This document shows, one piece after another, positions 1 to 8,959 of a stretch of 64,000 bases of DNA; positions within the stretch are counted from its first letter, which is position 1; each line of letters opens with the position of its first letter. The stretch is from positions 189,265-253,264 of the forward strand of contig CAZBFO010000001.1 of assembly GCA_964491475.1 (NCBI GenBank), read 5' to 3'. The notes below the pieces were generated by a model. It was not told the origin of the DNA. It saw nothing but the letters and a program-made list of their open reading frames with translations, and ran no database searches. The translations under genes and the position numbers were made by a program. The stretch is from an uncultured Gammaproteobacteria bacterium (lineage in GTDB: Bacteria; Patescibacteriota; Patescibacteriia; SG8-24).

Positions 1-312
1 CGCGAGGCATTGGCGCGTTCGGTCCGCACCATCGTCGAGAGCATCAAGTCCACGCTGGAGACGACGCCGCCGGAGCTGGTAGCCGACATCTACGAGCGCG
101 GCATCGTGCTGACCGGCGGGGGAGCGCTGCTCAAGGGCCTCGACCAGGTCATTTCGCGCGCGGCGGAAATCCCGGTGCGCGTGGCCGACGACCCTCTCAC
201 CTGCGTGGTCCGCGGCACGGGCATCCTCATCGACAACATGGACCTGCTCAAGACCATCGCGCTGCCGTCGTCGCAGGAGACGACCGTCGAGCGCCGCGCC
301 ATGTTCGCCTAG
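1..312 (+). CDS. mreB: Rod shape-determining protein MreB (C-terminal part, truncated by window edge)
   Basis: [27 protein letters not shown]...[14 protein letters not shown] is the MreB C-terminus; lies upstream of mreC. Confidence 0.95.
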   Translation, partial: REALARSVRTIVESIKSTLETTPPELVADIYERGIVLTGGGALLKGLDQVISRAAEIPVRVADDPLTCVVRGTGILIDNMDLLKTIALPSSQETTVERRAMFA

Positions 313-333
313 ACGGCGGCATCGGCCCCGGTC

Positions 334-400
334 AGCGATATGCGGAGGGGAGCGACGGGCGTCTCGACGCCTTCGCTGACCGCTTATCGCTTTTCTTTTT
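334..400 (+). terminator. Long hairpin plus U-tract between mreB and mreC (terminator or attenuator-like)
   Basis: agcgatatgcgg (334-345) pairs with ccgcttatcgct (380-391), with inner stems, followed by TTTTCTTTTT. Confidence 0.5.
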
Positions 401-427
401 CCCGAAGCCCCCGCCGCACCCAAAGCC

Positions 428-1243
428 ATGCCCACGCGCAACCCCAACCGAACCCGCAACGCCGTCATCGCCATCGTGGCGGTGCTGCTTTTGGCCATGG
501 GCGCCTTCAAGCCCGTGTCCGCGCCGCTCAAGCGCCTGGTCGCCAACGCCGCCGCGCCCGCCTACGCCGCCGGCGCCGGCATCAGCCGCGCCGCCGCCCG
601 CCTGTTCGACAGCAGCGAAAAGGACAAGGCCGCGCTGGAATCGCAGATCGACCAGCTGCGCATCGAGAACGCCAAGCTGCGCGAGCTGGCCGTGGAGAAC
701 GGCGCGCTCAAGACGGCCATCGGCTACAGCGAGAAGTCCGGCCTGAAGCCGCTGACCGCCCGCGTCATTTCCGAATCGGACGAGGACGTCTTTCACGGCC
801 TGGTCATCGACCGCGGCGCCGACGACGGCGTCAAGCCGGACCAGCCGGTGGTCGTCGGCGAAGGCATCGTCATCGGCAAGATCTTCGAGACCAAGGCGGG
901 CACCGCGTCGGTGCTGCTGCTGTCGGACTCGCGCAGCAGGCTGGCCGTGACCGTGCAGAGCAGCAGCGGCACCGCCGGCGTGCTGGAAGGCGACCGCGGC
1001 TTGAGCATGACCATCAACCTGATCCCGCAGACGGTGACGCTCTCGCCGGGCGACACGGTGGTGACTTCCGGCATCGAGGCCGGCATCCGCCGCGGCCTGG
1101 CGGTCGGCGTCATCGACAAGGTGGTCCAGCACACCCAGGACCCCTTCCAGTCGGCCACGGTGCTGCCGTTCGACAGCGCCGCCCATCCGCCGTTCGTGCA
1201 GGTGCTGACGGGCGACGTCGGCGCGGACGGCGAAAAGAAGTAG
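428..1243 (+). CDS. mreC: Rod shape-determining protein MreC
   Basis: N-terminal TM, coiled coil (LRIENAKLREL..EN..LK), IDRGADDGV, VVTSG motifs; synteny. Confidence 0.93.
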   Translation: MPTRNPNRTRNAVIAIVAVLLLAMGAFKPVSAPLKRLVANAAAPAYAAGAGISRAAARLFDSSEKDKAALESQIDQLRIENAKLRELAVENGALKTAIGYSEKSGLKPLTARVISESDEDVFHGLVIDRGADDGVKPDQPVVVGEGIVIGKIFETKAGTASVLLLSDSRSRLAVTVQSSSGTAGVLEGDRGLSMTINLIPQTVTLSPGDTVVTSGIEAGIRRGLAVGVIDKVVQHTQDPFQSATVLPFDSAAHPPFVQVLTGDVGADGEKK

Positions 1244-1246
1244 CCT

Positions 1247-1774
1247 ATGCTCCGCGCACTCTTGCTGTTCATGGCGGCCGCGCTCGCGGGCATCGCGCAG
1301 GCAAGCTTCGTCCGGGCGCTGCCCGCGCCGTACTCGTCGCTGCAGCTGCCGCTCATCCTGATCGTCGGCCTGGTGACGGTCTTCCGCGCCCGCGAGGCTT
1401 TCGCCGCCGCGTTCATCGCCGGCCTGACGCTCGACGCGCTTTCCTCGCTGCCGACGGGCACGGAGACGGCGGTGCTGCTGGCGGTGACCGTCTGCACGGT
1501 ATTGCTGTTCAACCGCATCTTCACCCACCATTCCTGGGTGGGCACCGTCGGCCTGAACGCCGCCATCTTCTCGCTGCAGCACCTGGCCTACGTCATCGTC
1601 GACCTGCTGCGCTCGGTGTTCACGGGCATCCCGTACTCGCTGCTGCCGACCGCCGCTTCCTTCTGGGCATTCCTGTCCGCGCTCGGCACGCAGACGGCAT
1701 TCGTGCTCCTGCTGCTGGCCGTGAACGGCGGCATCCGCCGCGCCTTCGTCAAACGTTTCGTCCTTCTCCGCTAA
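1247..1774 (+). CDS. mreD: Rod shape-determining protein MreD (polytopic membrane protein)
   Basis: Hydrophobic 175 aa protein with AFIAGLTLD motif, between mreC and mrdA. Confidence 0.8.
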   Translation: MLRALLLFMAAALAGIAQASFVRALPAPYSSLQLPLILIVGLVTVFRAREAFAAAFIAGLTLDALSSLPTGTETAVLLAVTVCTVLLFNRIFTHHSWVGTVGLNAAIFSLQHLAYVIVDLLRSVFTGIPYSLLPTAASFWAFLSALGTQTAFVLLLLAVNGGIRRAFVKRFVLLR

Positions 1775-1787
1775 CGCCCCGCGCCGC

Positions 1788-3908
1788 ATGGCCAAGCACC
1801 TCTTCGACGGTTCAGACCCTTTCCCGATTCTCGACGGCGAGAACGGATTTGGCGTCGTCCGCGGCAAGGGTTCCAAGATGATGGTCGACGAGGCCATCAT
1901 GGGCAGCGAGGGCGTGGCGCCGGACGTGGCCAACCAGCCGGCCTACGTCGGCCTGGCCATCGGCGAAAAGAAGCTGCGTGCCGCCTTCGGCGCGCTGCTG
2001 CTGATGCTCGGCGTCGTGGTGGCGCGGGCCGCCTACGTGCAGGTAGTCCAGGGCGCCGACTACCAGCGCCGTGCCGAAGGCAACCGCAGCCGCATCGTGG
2101 CCGTGCCCGTGGAGCGCGGCGTCATGTACGACCGCACCGGCACGCCGCTGGTGCGCAACGTGCCCGACTTCTCGGTCTCCATCGTCCCGACCGACCTCCC
2201 CAAGGATCCCGACCGGCGCCGCGAGTCCATCGGCCGGCTGGCGCTGCTGCTCGACGTCGCCCCCACCGACATCGAGGACAAGCTCAACGAGTTCCGCGAC
2301 TACGCCAGCTCCGGCGTCATCGTGGCCGACAACCTCACCCACGACCAGGCCGTGAAGGTGAGCATCGAGGAGATGCGCACCAGCGGCGTCTCGCTGGTGA
2401 CCGGCACGCGCCGCGAGTACCTGATGACCGACGCGATTCCCGCGCTCTCCCACGTGCTCGGCTACGAAGGCCGCCTCACCCAGAAGGAAATGGAATCCGA
2501 CCGCGGCTTCAGCTACGAGCCCTCCGACTTCATCGGCAAGGCCGGCTTGGAGAAGTCGTACGAGACGGTGCTGCGGGGACGGAGCGGGGAGCAGCGCATC
2601 GAAGTCGACGCCACCGGACGGCAGAAGACGGTCATCTCCGAAGATCCCGGCCAACCGGGCAAGAACCTGGTGCTGACCATCGATGCCGACCTGCAGAAGA
2701 CCGCCGAGAAGGCGCTCCGCGAACAGCTGAAGATCGCCCACAAGTCGCGCGGCACGGTCATCGTGCTGAACCCCAACAACGGCGACGTGCTGGCAATGGT
2801 CAGCGAGCCCGCCTACGACGCAAACAAGTTCGCGCAAGGCATCTCCAAGGACGACTACTCGGCGCTCATCAACGATCCCGACAACCCGCTGTTCTCGCGC
2901 GCCATCTCGGCCAACGTGGCTTCGGGCTCGGTGTTCAAGCCGGTGGTCGGCGCCGCCGCCATGGCCGAGCACACCATCAACGAGAACACTTCGGTGCTGT
3001 CCACGGGAGGCATCCACGTCGGCCAGGCGTTCTTCCCCGACTGGAAGGCCGGCGGCCACGGCGTCACCAACCTGGCCAAAGGCATCGCCGAGTCGGTCAA
3101 CACCTTCTTCTATTCCATCGGCGGCGGCACCGACAGCATCACCGGCCTCGGCGTGGAGCGGATAGTGAATTATGCAAAAAAGTTCGGCTACGGTTCGCCG
3201 CTGGGCATCGACCTGCCCAACGAAGGCGCCGGCTTCCTGCCGTCCAAGGAGTGGAAACAGAAGGTCAAAGGCGAGCGCTGGTACATCGGCGACACCTATC
3301 ACGTGGCCATCGGCCAAGGCGACGTCATCGTGACGCCGCTGCAGGTGGCGATGATGACCACGGTGTTCGCCAACCACGGCACGCTTTACAAGCCGCGCGT
3401 GGTGCAGGCCATGACCGCCAGCGACGGCACGCGCGTCGAAAGGGAACCCGAAGTCATCACCCAGCAAGTGACCGACAAGTTCGCCATCGATGCCGTGCGC
3501 CGCGGCATGCGTCAGACGGTGACCGCAGGCAGCGCCAGGTCTTTGAATGCGCTGCCAGTGCAGGTGGCCGGCAAGACCGGTACCGCCCAGTGGAACTCCA
3601 AAAAGGACAACCACGCCTGGTTCACCTCGTTCGCGCCGTACGACAAGCCGCAGATCACCGTGACCGTCCTGATGGAGGAGGGCATCGAAGGCTCCGTGAA
3701 CGCCTCGCCCGTGGCCCGGCAGATTTACCAGTGGTACTTTGGCGGCCGAAAAGATGCCGGAGCCATGCCGCCGGTGGTGAAGCCGAGCGCCGCGCCGGTC
3801 ACGCCTCCCGCACCAGCCCCGATCGCACCCGTGACGCCCCCTGCGGGCTCAACCAGCCCGATAGCGCCCAATTCTGCGGTAATTGAGCCCAAACCGGCTG
3901 GGGGATAG
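1788..3908 (+). CDS. mrdA: Penicillin-binding protein 2 with Pro-rich C-terminal tail
   Basis: RG.MYDR.G dimerisation domain; GSVFK (SxxK), SVN (SxN) and KTGTAQ motifs. Confidence 0.93.
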   Translation: MAKHLFDGSDPFPILDGENGFGVVRGKGSKMMVDEAIMGSEGVAPDVANQPAYVGLAIGEKKLRAAFGALLLMLGVVVARAAYVQVVQGADYQRRAEGNRSRIVAVPVERGVMYDRTGTPLVRNVPDFSVSIVPTDLPKDPDRRRESIGRLALLLDVAPTDIEDKLNEFRDYASSGVIVADNLTHDQAVKVSIEEMRTSGVSLVTGTRREYLMTDAIPALSHVLGYEGRLTQKEMESDRGFSYEPSDFIGKAGLEKSYETVLRGRSGEQRIEVDATGRQKTVISEDPGQPGKNLVLTIDADLQKTAEKALREQLKIAHKSRGTVIVLNPNNGDVLAMVSEPAYDANKFAQGISKDDYSALINDPDNPLFSRAISANVASGSVFKPVVGAAAMAEHTINENTSVLSTGGIHVGQAFFPDWKAGGHGVTNLAKGIAESVNTFFYSIGGGTDSITGLGVERIVNYAKKFGYGSPLGIDLPNEGAGFLPSKEWKQKVKGERWYIGDTYHVAIGQGDVIVTPLQVAMMTTVFANHGTLYKPRVVQAMTASDGTRVEREPEVITQQVTDKFAIDAVRRGMRQTVTAGSARSLNALPVQVAGKTGTAQWNSKKDNHAWFTSFAPYDKPQITVTVLMEEGIEGSVNASPVARQIYQWYFGGRKDAGAMPPVVKPSAAPVTPPAPAPIAPVTPPAGSTSPIAPNSAVIEPKPAGG

Positions 3909-4000
3909 ACACCTTCGGAGTCTATCCCCGACGCAGCTTGCCCCAACCGAAAACCACTGATACCCTGAGAAAATCGCAGCATAGACCGCATTTCCCACGT

Positions 4001-4468
4001 ATGGACGCCCTGACCCCCATCTACGTCTCCAAAGACGGCCTCGAAAAAATGAAGGAAGAGCTGCATCACCTCAAGACGGTCAAACGTCGGGAGGTTGCGG
4101 CCCGGATTGAGGCTGCCAAGGAACTGGGCGACCTCAAGGAGAACGCCGACTATCACGACGCCAAGGACGAGTCCGGCTGGACCGAGGCCCGCATCCGCGA
4201 GCTGGAAGACGCCGTGAACCGCGCCACGGTCATCGAAGCCCGCGACTCCGACAACGTCGGCATCGGCTGCAAGGTCAAGGTGGAGAGCGACGGCAAGGAG
4301 AAGCTGTTCACCATCGTCGGCTCGCACGAGGCCAACCCGATGCAGGGCCTGATCTCCAACGACTCGCCGCTGGGCCAAGCCTTCCTGGGCAAACGGGTGG
4401 GGGAGACCGCCGAGGTAAAGACCCCCGCCGGCTCCAAGACCTACACGATTAAAGAAATCAGCTGCTGA
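4001..4468 (+). CDS. greA: Transcription elongation factor GreA
   Basis: GDLKENADYHDAK and ISNDSPLGQAFLGK motifs; ATG at 4001 chosen as start. Confidence 0.95.
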   Translation: MDALTPIYVSKDGLEKMKEELHHLKTVKRREVAARIEAAKELGDLKENADYHDAKDESGWTEARIRELEDAVNRATVIEARDSDNVGIGCKVKVESDGKEKLFTIVGSHEANPMQGLISNDSPLGQAFLGKRVGETAEVKTPAGSKTYTIKEISC

Positions 4469-4480
4469 TTCCCGGTCGCT

Positions 4481-5977
4481 ATGGAAAACCACGAAGAAAA
4501 AGAACCGAATCCGCTGGAGGAACGCTCCGCACGACTCGGCAAATTGCAGGCCGCAGTCGCCATGGGCATCCAGCCGTACCCCTCACGCTGCGAGCGCACC
4601 CACACCATCCAGGAAGTGCAGCACGGTTTTGATACTCTCGCAGGGGAGTCCACCGAAGTGACGGTGACCGGCCGCCTCAAAGCCGTCCGCGGCCACGGGG
4701 GAGCCTGCTTTGCCGACCTCGAGGACGGCACCCAGAAGATCCAGTTGCACCTCAAGAGCGACGTCCTCGGCGCCACGTCCTTCGAGACCTTCGAGAAGCT
4801 GGTGGACCGCGGCGACTTCATCCAGGTGAGCGGCACCTGCTTCGTGACCAAGCGCGGCGAGCGCAGCATCGAGGCCAAGCGCTGGACCTTGCTCACCAAG
4901 TCCCTGGCCCCGCTGCCCGACAAGTGGCACGGCCTGACCGACACCGAAGCCCGCTACCGCCGCCGCGAGCTCGATTTGATTTCCAACCCCGAAGTGCGTT
5001 TGCTGTTCAAGAAGCGCTCGCTGTTGGTGAGCGAACTGCGCCACTTTATGGAAGAGGAAGGCTTCATGGAAGTGGAGACTCCCGTGCTGCAGGGCATCGC
5101 CGGCGGCGCCACCGCCCGCCCGTTCATCACCCACCACAACGCCCTGGGCATCGATATGTACCTGCGCATCGCCACCGAGCTGCACCTCAAGCGCCTGGTG
5201 GTCGGCGGCTTTGAGCGCGTCTACGAGATCGGCCGCATCTTCCGCAACGAGGGCATCGACCATCTCCACAACCCCGAGTTCACCACCATCGAGTTCTACC
5301 AGGCCTACGCCGACTACAACGACCTCATGTCCATGACCGAGCGCATGCTGGCGCGCCTGGTCGAGCGCGTCTGCGGCACGCTGATCGTGGAGCACGACGG
5401 CGCCAAGATCGACTTTGCAGGCACCTACCCGCGCCTGACCTTCCGCGACGCCATCAAGCAGTACGCCGACATCGACATCGAGAACTTCCCCACGCGCCAC
5501 GAACTGGCCGCCGCCGCCGAAGCCAAGGGAGTCAAGGTGGAACCCAAGGACGACCGCGGGGCGATTTTGGACAACCTCTACAAGAGGACAGTCCGCGGCA
5601 GCATCGTCGACCCCACCTTCATCATCGACCACCCCACGGAGATTTTGCCGCTGGCCAAGCGCCGAGCGGACAATCCGAACTACGTGGAGAGCTTTCAGTT
5701 GGTTTTGGGGCGTGGTGTGGAGTTGATAAAAGCCTTTTCCGAGCTTAATGATCCGCTGGATCAGCGGGCGCGCTTTGAGGAGCAGGAGAAGTTACGGGCT
5801 GGGGGAGATGATGAGGCTCAGCCAATGGATGAGGAGTTCATCGCGGCTCTTGAGGCCGGCATGCCGCCGACGGCGGGGTTTGGGATGGGGATTGATCGGT
5901 TGGCGGCGCTTTTGACGGGATCGCATTCTTTGAAAGAAGTGATCTTGTTTCCGACTTTACGGCCGGAGGAGAAATAA
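4481..5977 (+). CDS. lysS: Lysine--tRNA ligase (class II)
   Basis: OB anticodon domain, [36 protein letters not shown]. Confidence 0.97.
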   Translation: MENHEEKEPNPLEERSARLGKLQAAVAMGIQPYPSRCERTHTIQEVQHGFDTLAGESTEVTVTGRLKAVRGHGGACFADLEDGTQKIQLHLKSDVLGATSFETFEKLVDRGDFIQVSGTCFVTKRGERSIEAKRWTLLTKSLAPLPDKWHGLTDTEARYRRRELDLISNPEVRLLFKKRSLLVSELRHFMEEEGFMEVETPVLQGIAGGATARPFITHHNALGIDMYLRIATELHLKRLVVGGFERVYEIGRIFRNEGIDHLHNPEFTTIEFYQAYADYNDLMSMTERMLARLVERVCGTLIVEHDGAKIDFAGTYPRLTFRDAIKQYADIDIENFPTRHELAAAAEAKGVKVEPKDDRGAILDNLYKRTVRGSIVDPTFIIDHPTEILPLAKRRADNPNYVESFQLVLGRGVELIKAFSELNDPLDQRARFEEQEKLRAGGDDEAQPMDEEFIAALEAGMPPTAGFGMGIDRLAALLTGSHSLKEVILFPTLRPEEK

Positions 5978-5985
5978 ACATTGCT

Positions 5986-7104
5986 ATGAATTACTACGTC
6001 AACCTATTCTCACCGGAAACCGCGGAAATTTTTTCGCGTTCCGGTAAGAACATAAGCGGCTTCCGTCTGACAAAAAAAACTTACGTTGAGAACAGAAAAA
6101 TCGGTCCGGGGGACCGATTCATTTGTTATGTAACACGCATTCAACGCTTTATTGGCGTTTTAGAAGTTGTCAGCGACCCGTTCGTTGATAGCTCTCCAAT
6201 TTTTGACAAAGAAAATGACCCATTTGTCCTCCGCTTTAAGGTAAAGCCGATGGTATGGCTTCCGCTCGAAAAAGCACTGCCAATTCATGACAAAGCCATT
6301 TGGAACAACCTGTCTTTTACCAAAGGACTTGGGGATGATAGCAATAATTGGACTTACATGGTTTTTTCAAGTCCAAATCATTGGCCGACTGGAGATTGTG
6401 TTTTTCTTGAAAAGAAACTGCTTGGCCAAGCAGAGGACCAAGTTGATTTTCCGTTTAGCGAAGATGACCAGAAGAAACTTAAACCCCAAAAAATTAAGCT
6501 TCCTGGGAAGAAAGCTGTAGCCGTAACGATTCCGGAAGATGAGGAGGTCCCAGATACAGCAGAACAAACTACACCAAAAGACAGTGAACGCGAGTCACTT
6601 ATTGTCCAATCTAAGTTAGCCGAGGTTGGCGAAAAGCTCGGCTTTAAAATTTGGCTACCACGAAACGACAGGGCAGCCATCATCGGAATGTGGAAACCGC
6701 GGCCAGATTCTCTACTTGAAGAGCTGCCGTTTTCTTTTGACGACGCAACCACTCGAACCATAAAAAATATCGATGTACTATGGGTTAAAGGTCGTACAAT
6801 TGCTAGGGCTTTTGAGGTGGAGGGCACCACATCAATATATTCTGGTATTTTGAGGATGGCCGACCTCCTATCACTCGTACCGAACATTGAAATCAAGATC
6901 CACATCGTTGCGCCAGACGGGAGGCGCGAGGAAGTGTTTAAACAAATATCTCGCCCAGTTTTTGCGATAATGGAAAAAGCACCTCTGGCAGAGCTCTGTA
7001 CCTTTATCTCCTATAGTTCGGTATACGAACTGGCCTCTGAGAAAAGATTAGATTTAATGAAAGAATCCGTAGTCGATGAATACGAGGAAGCCTCCGAAGA
7101 GTAG
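5986..7104 (+). CDS. EVE-domain / PD-(D/E)XK nuclease fusion, putative modification-dependent (type IV-like) restriction enzyme
   Basis: N-terminal EVE/PUA-like pattern (IGPGDRFICYVT..QRFIGVLEVVSDPF.D...F); C-terminal IDVLW...AFEVE nuclease motif; AT-rich relative to flanks. Confidence 0.7.
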   Translation: MNYYVNLFSPETAEIFSRSGKNISGFRLTKKTYVENRKIGPGDRFICYVTRIQRFIGVLEVVSDPFVDSSPIFDKENDPFVLRFKVKPMVWLPLEKALPIHDKAIWNNLSFTKGLGDDSNNWTYMVFSSPNHWPTGDCVFLEKKLLGQAEDQVDFPFSEDDQKKLKPQKIKLPGKKAVAVTIPEDEEVPDTAEQTTPKDSERESLIVQSKLAEVGEKLGFKIWLPRNDRAAIIGMWKPRPDSLLEELPFSFDDATTRTIKNIDVLWVKGRTIARAFEVEGTTSIYSGILRMADLLSLVPNIEIKIHIVAPDGRREEVFKQISRPVFAIMEKAPLAELCTFISYSSVYELASEKRLDLMKESVVDEYEEASEE

Positions 7105-7573
7105 TTATATAACTCTTGTGCGCGACAAACAAAAAGATCACACGGTACTCGTCTTCGGCACATTCGACCTGCTTCACCCAGGCCATCTTGCGTTTCTACG
7201 TGCGGCAGCAAAGTACGGCTCAGTGACGGCCATCATAACGCCCGATGCGAAAGTCAAAATAGAGAAAGGGAAAGCACCACACTTTTCTGAACAAGAGAGG
7301 ATGCTTATGGCCGCGGCCATTAAGTATGTCGACCATGTCGTTCTGGGAGACAATGGTACAAAATGGAATGTAGTACGCAATCTGGCGCCTGACGTTATTT
7401 GCGTTGGCCATGACCAGAACGCCAATCACCCAAAGTTCCTCGCGCAGTTGGCGCTGCTAAAAAAGCTTCCGAAAATTGTTCGGCTGCCCAGCCTTAAATC
7501 TTCGCGCTACTCATCCTCAAAAGTTAAGCTTGAAATACACAAAGCCAAACAAAACGAAGCAGCCGCTGATTAG
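7076..7573 (+). CDS. HIGH-family nucleotidyltransferase (RibL-like FAD synthetase / cytidylyltransferase)
   Basis: FGTFDLLHPGH motif, ER..M..A.KYVD.V.LG, PDVICVGHDQ, SSS tail; true start may be the GTG near 7118. Confidence 0.8.
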   Translation: MNTRKPPKSSYITLVRDKQKDHTVLVFGTFDLLHPGHLAFLRAAAKYGSVTAIITPDAKVKIEKGKAPHFSEQERMLMAAAIKYVDHVVLGDNGTKWNVVRNLAPDVICVGHDQNANHPKFLAQLALLKKLPKIVRLPSLKSSRYSSSKVKLEIHKAKQNEAAAD

Positions 7574-7765
7574 TGCTCAGCTCCGAATCCATCGCAATGT
7601 GCTGAAACAGCCCATAACTTAATCAAAAACCGTCGCTTTTATGATGGTTTTGTTGCCGTTTGACATTGACGCGACAGCTAATTTTTGCTAATACTTTGTA
7701 AGGCGCGCCCGTTGCATGCCCGCCGTGACGGACATCGTAAATCACAACGACAACACCTTCTCACA

Positions 7766-8959
7766 ATGCCTACACAAAAATTCATTTTCCAGGGCATTAC
7801 TTCGGAAACACACAAATCTGGTGTTGCATGGCTTTTGGCAACTGCAGATATCCAAAAAATCTTAATGAGCGTGGCCTTCATCAGCGAAGAAGGTGTGGCA
7901 CAGATTGAAAATGATTTGCGAAGCCACGCGACAAGTACCGAGTTTTTTGCAGGGATCCGTAATGAGATAACTTCTCGTCAAGCACTCGCCCGTCTCATTG
8001 GTTTAGGCGCGACTTTGTTTACGGTTGATACCGGTTCAAAGGGCACGCTTTTCCATCCAAAGTTATACTTTGCCAAAGGGCAAAATTTTGCGCGTCTCAT
8101 AGTGGGTAGCGCAAACCTGACTGCTGGTGGCCTCAACGATAATATTGAAGCCAGTATCGCCCTCGAGCTCGATCTTGCTCAAGCCAATGATTCTGCGCTC
8201 AGCGACGATGTCGAGCGGCTGTTGGGTGACATGGTATCCAATCATCCCAGTAACGTAAAAAGAATTTCTGCCGCCACCGAGCTTGATGTGCTACTGAACA
8301 ATGGCTTATTAATTGACGAAAGCCTCGCCGCGCCCCCTCGCGCGGCGACTAAAGGATCTAGCCCGTCGAGCGATATTGTTCCCCGGATTCAGCTGAGCAC
8401 CACCCGGCTGAACCGCATCGTCGCACGCGCACGCACCACTCCTCGACAGGTTCCCCAAGCCGCCAGGGCGGGCCGCTCAACCCAAGCCTCGCCACAAGCA
8501 TCTCCAGCTCCTTTGCTGACCGGGATTGAATTGGTATGGCAAAGCAAACCCCTGGAGGAAAGTGACCTAAACATCCCGAGCGGCAACAACACCCACCCCA
8601 AGGGCTCCATGAGCCTCGATCAGGGTACCCTAGACCCCTCGGTTGATTTCCGTCATTACTTCCGAAATACCGTTTTTCCGCAATTAACTTGGACGGTGAG
8701 TACACGCACCCCTGACGGAGAAGAGGCCAGCGCAAAGTGTGAGCTAATTGTAAAAGGGATTTCCTACGGAGTACATGAATTGACTATCAGTCACCACACA
8801 TCAACGACATCGACCACCTACAGGCAGCGAGGCCCGACGACCCGTCTTCGATGGGGCGCCATGAAAAGTCTTGTAGCCACTCCCGTTTTGCTTGGCCGAA
8901 CACTTTCACTTTACAAGAATACCGCAAGTTCAGACCGCTTTGTTATTGATATTGACTGA
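7766..8959 (+). CDS. PLD-superfamily restriction endonuclease (NgoFVII/BfiI-like) with C-terminal DNA-binding domain
   Basis: FHPKLY...IVGSANLTAGGL..NIEA single HxK-type PLD motif; adjacent to a DNA methyltransferase. Confidence 0.75.
   Translation: MPTQKFIFQGITSETHKSGVAWLLATADIQKILMSVAFISEEGVAQIENDLRSHATSTEFFAGIRNEITSRQALARLIGLGATLFTVDTGSKGTLFHPKLYFAKGQNFARLIVGSANLTAGGLNDNIEASIALELDLAQANDSALSDDVERLLGDMVSNHPSNVKRISAATELDVLLNNGLLIDESLAAPPRAATKGSSPSSDIVPRIQLSTTRLNRIVARARTTPRQVPQAARAGRSTQASPQASPAPLLTGIELVWQSKPLEESDLNIPSGNNTHPKGSMSLDQGTLDPSVDFRHYFRNTVFPQLTWTVSTRTPDGEEASAKCELIVKGISYGVHELTISHHTSTTSTTYRQRGPTTRLRWGAMKSLVATPVLLGRTLSLYKNTASSDRFVIDID

Noticed and set aside
332-3614. Long antisense or alternative-frame ORFs (e.g. 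332-1933, 340-1881, 1812-3614, and similar ones over ftsH, gltX and clpB)
   Set aside because: Shadow ORFs caused by high GC3 codon bias of the real genes; Arg/Gly/Ala-rich with no motifs.
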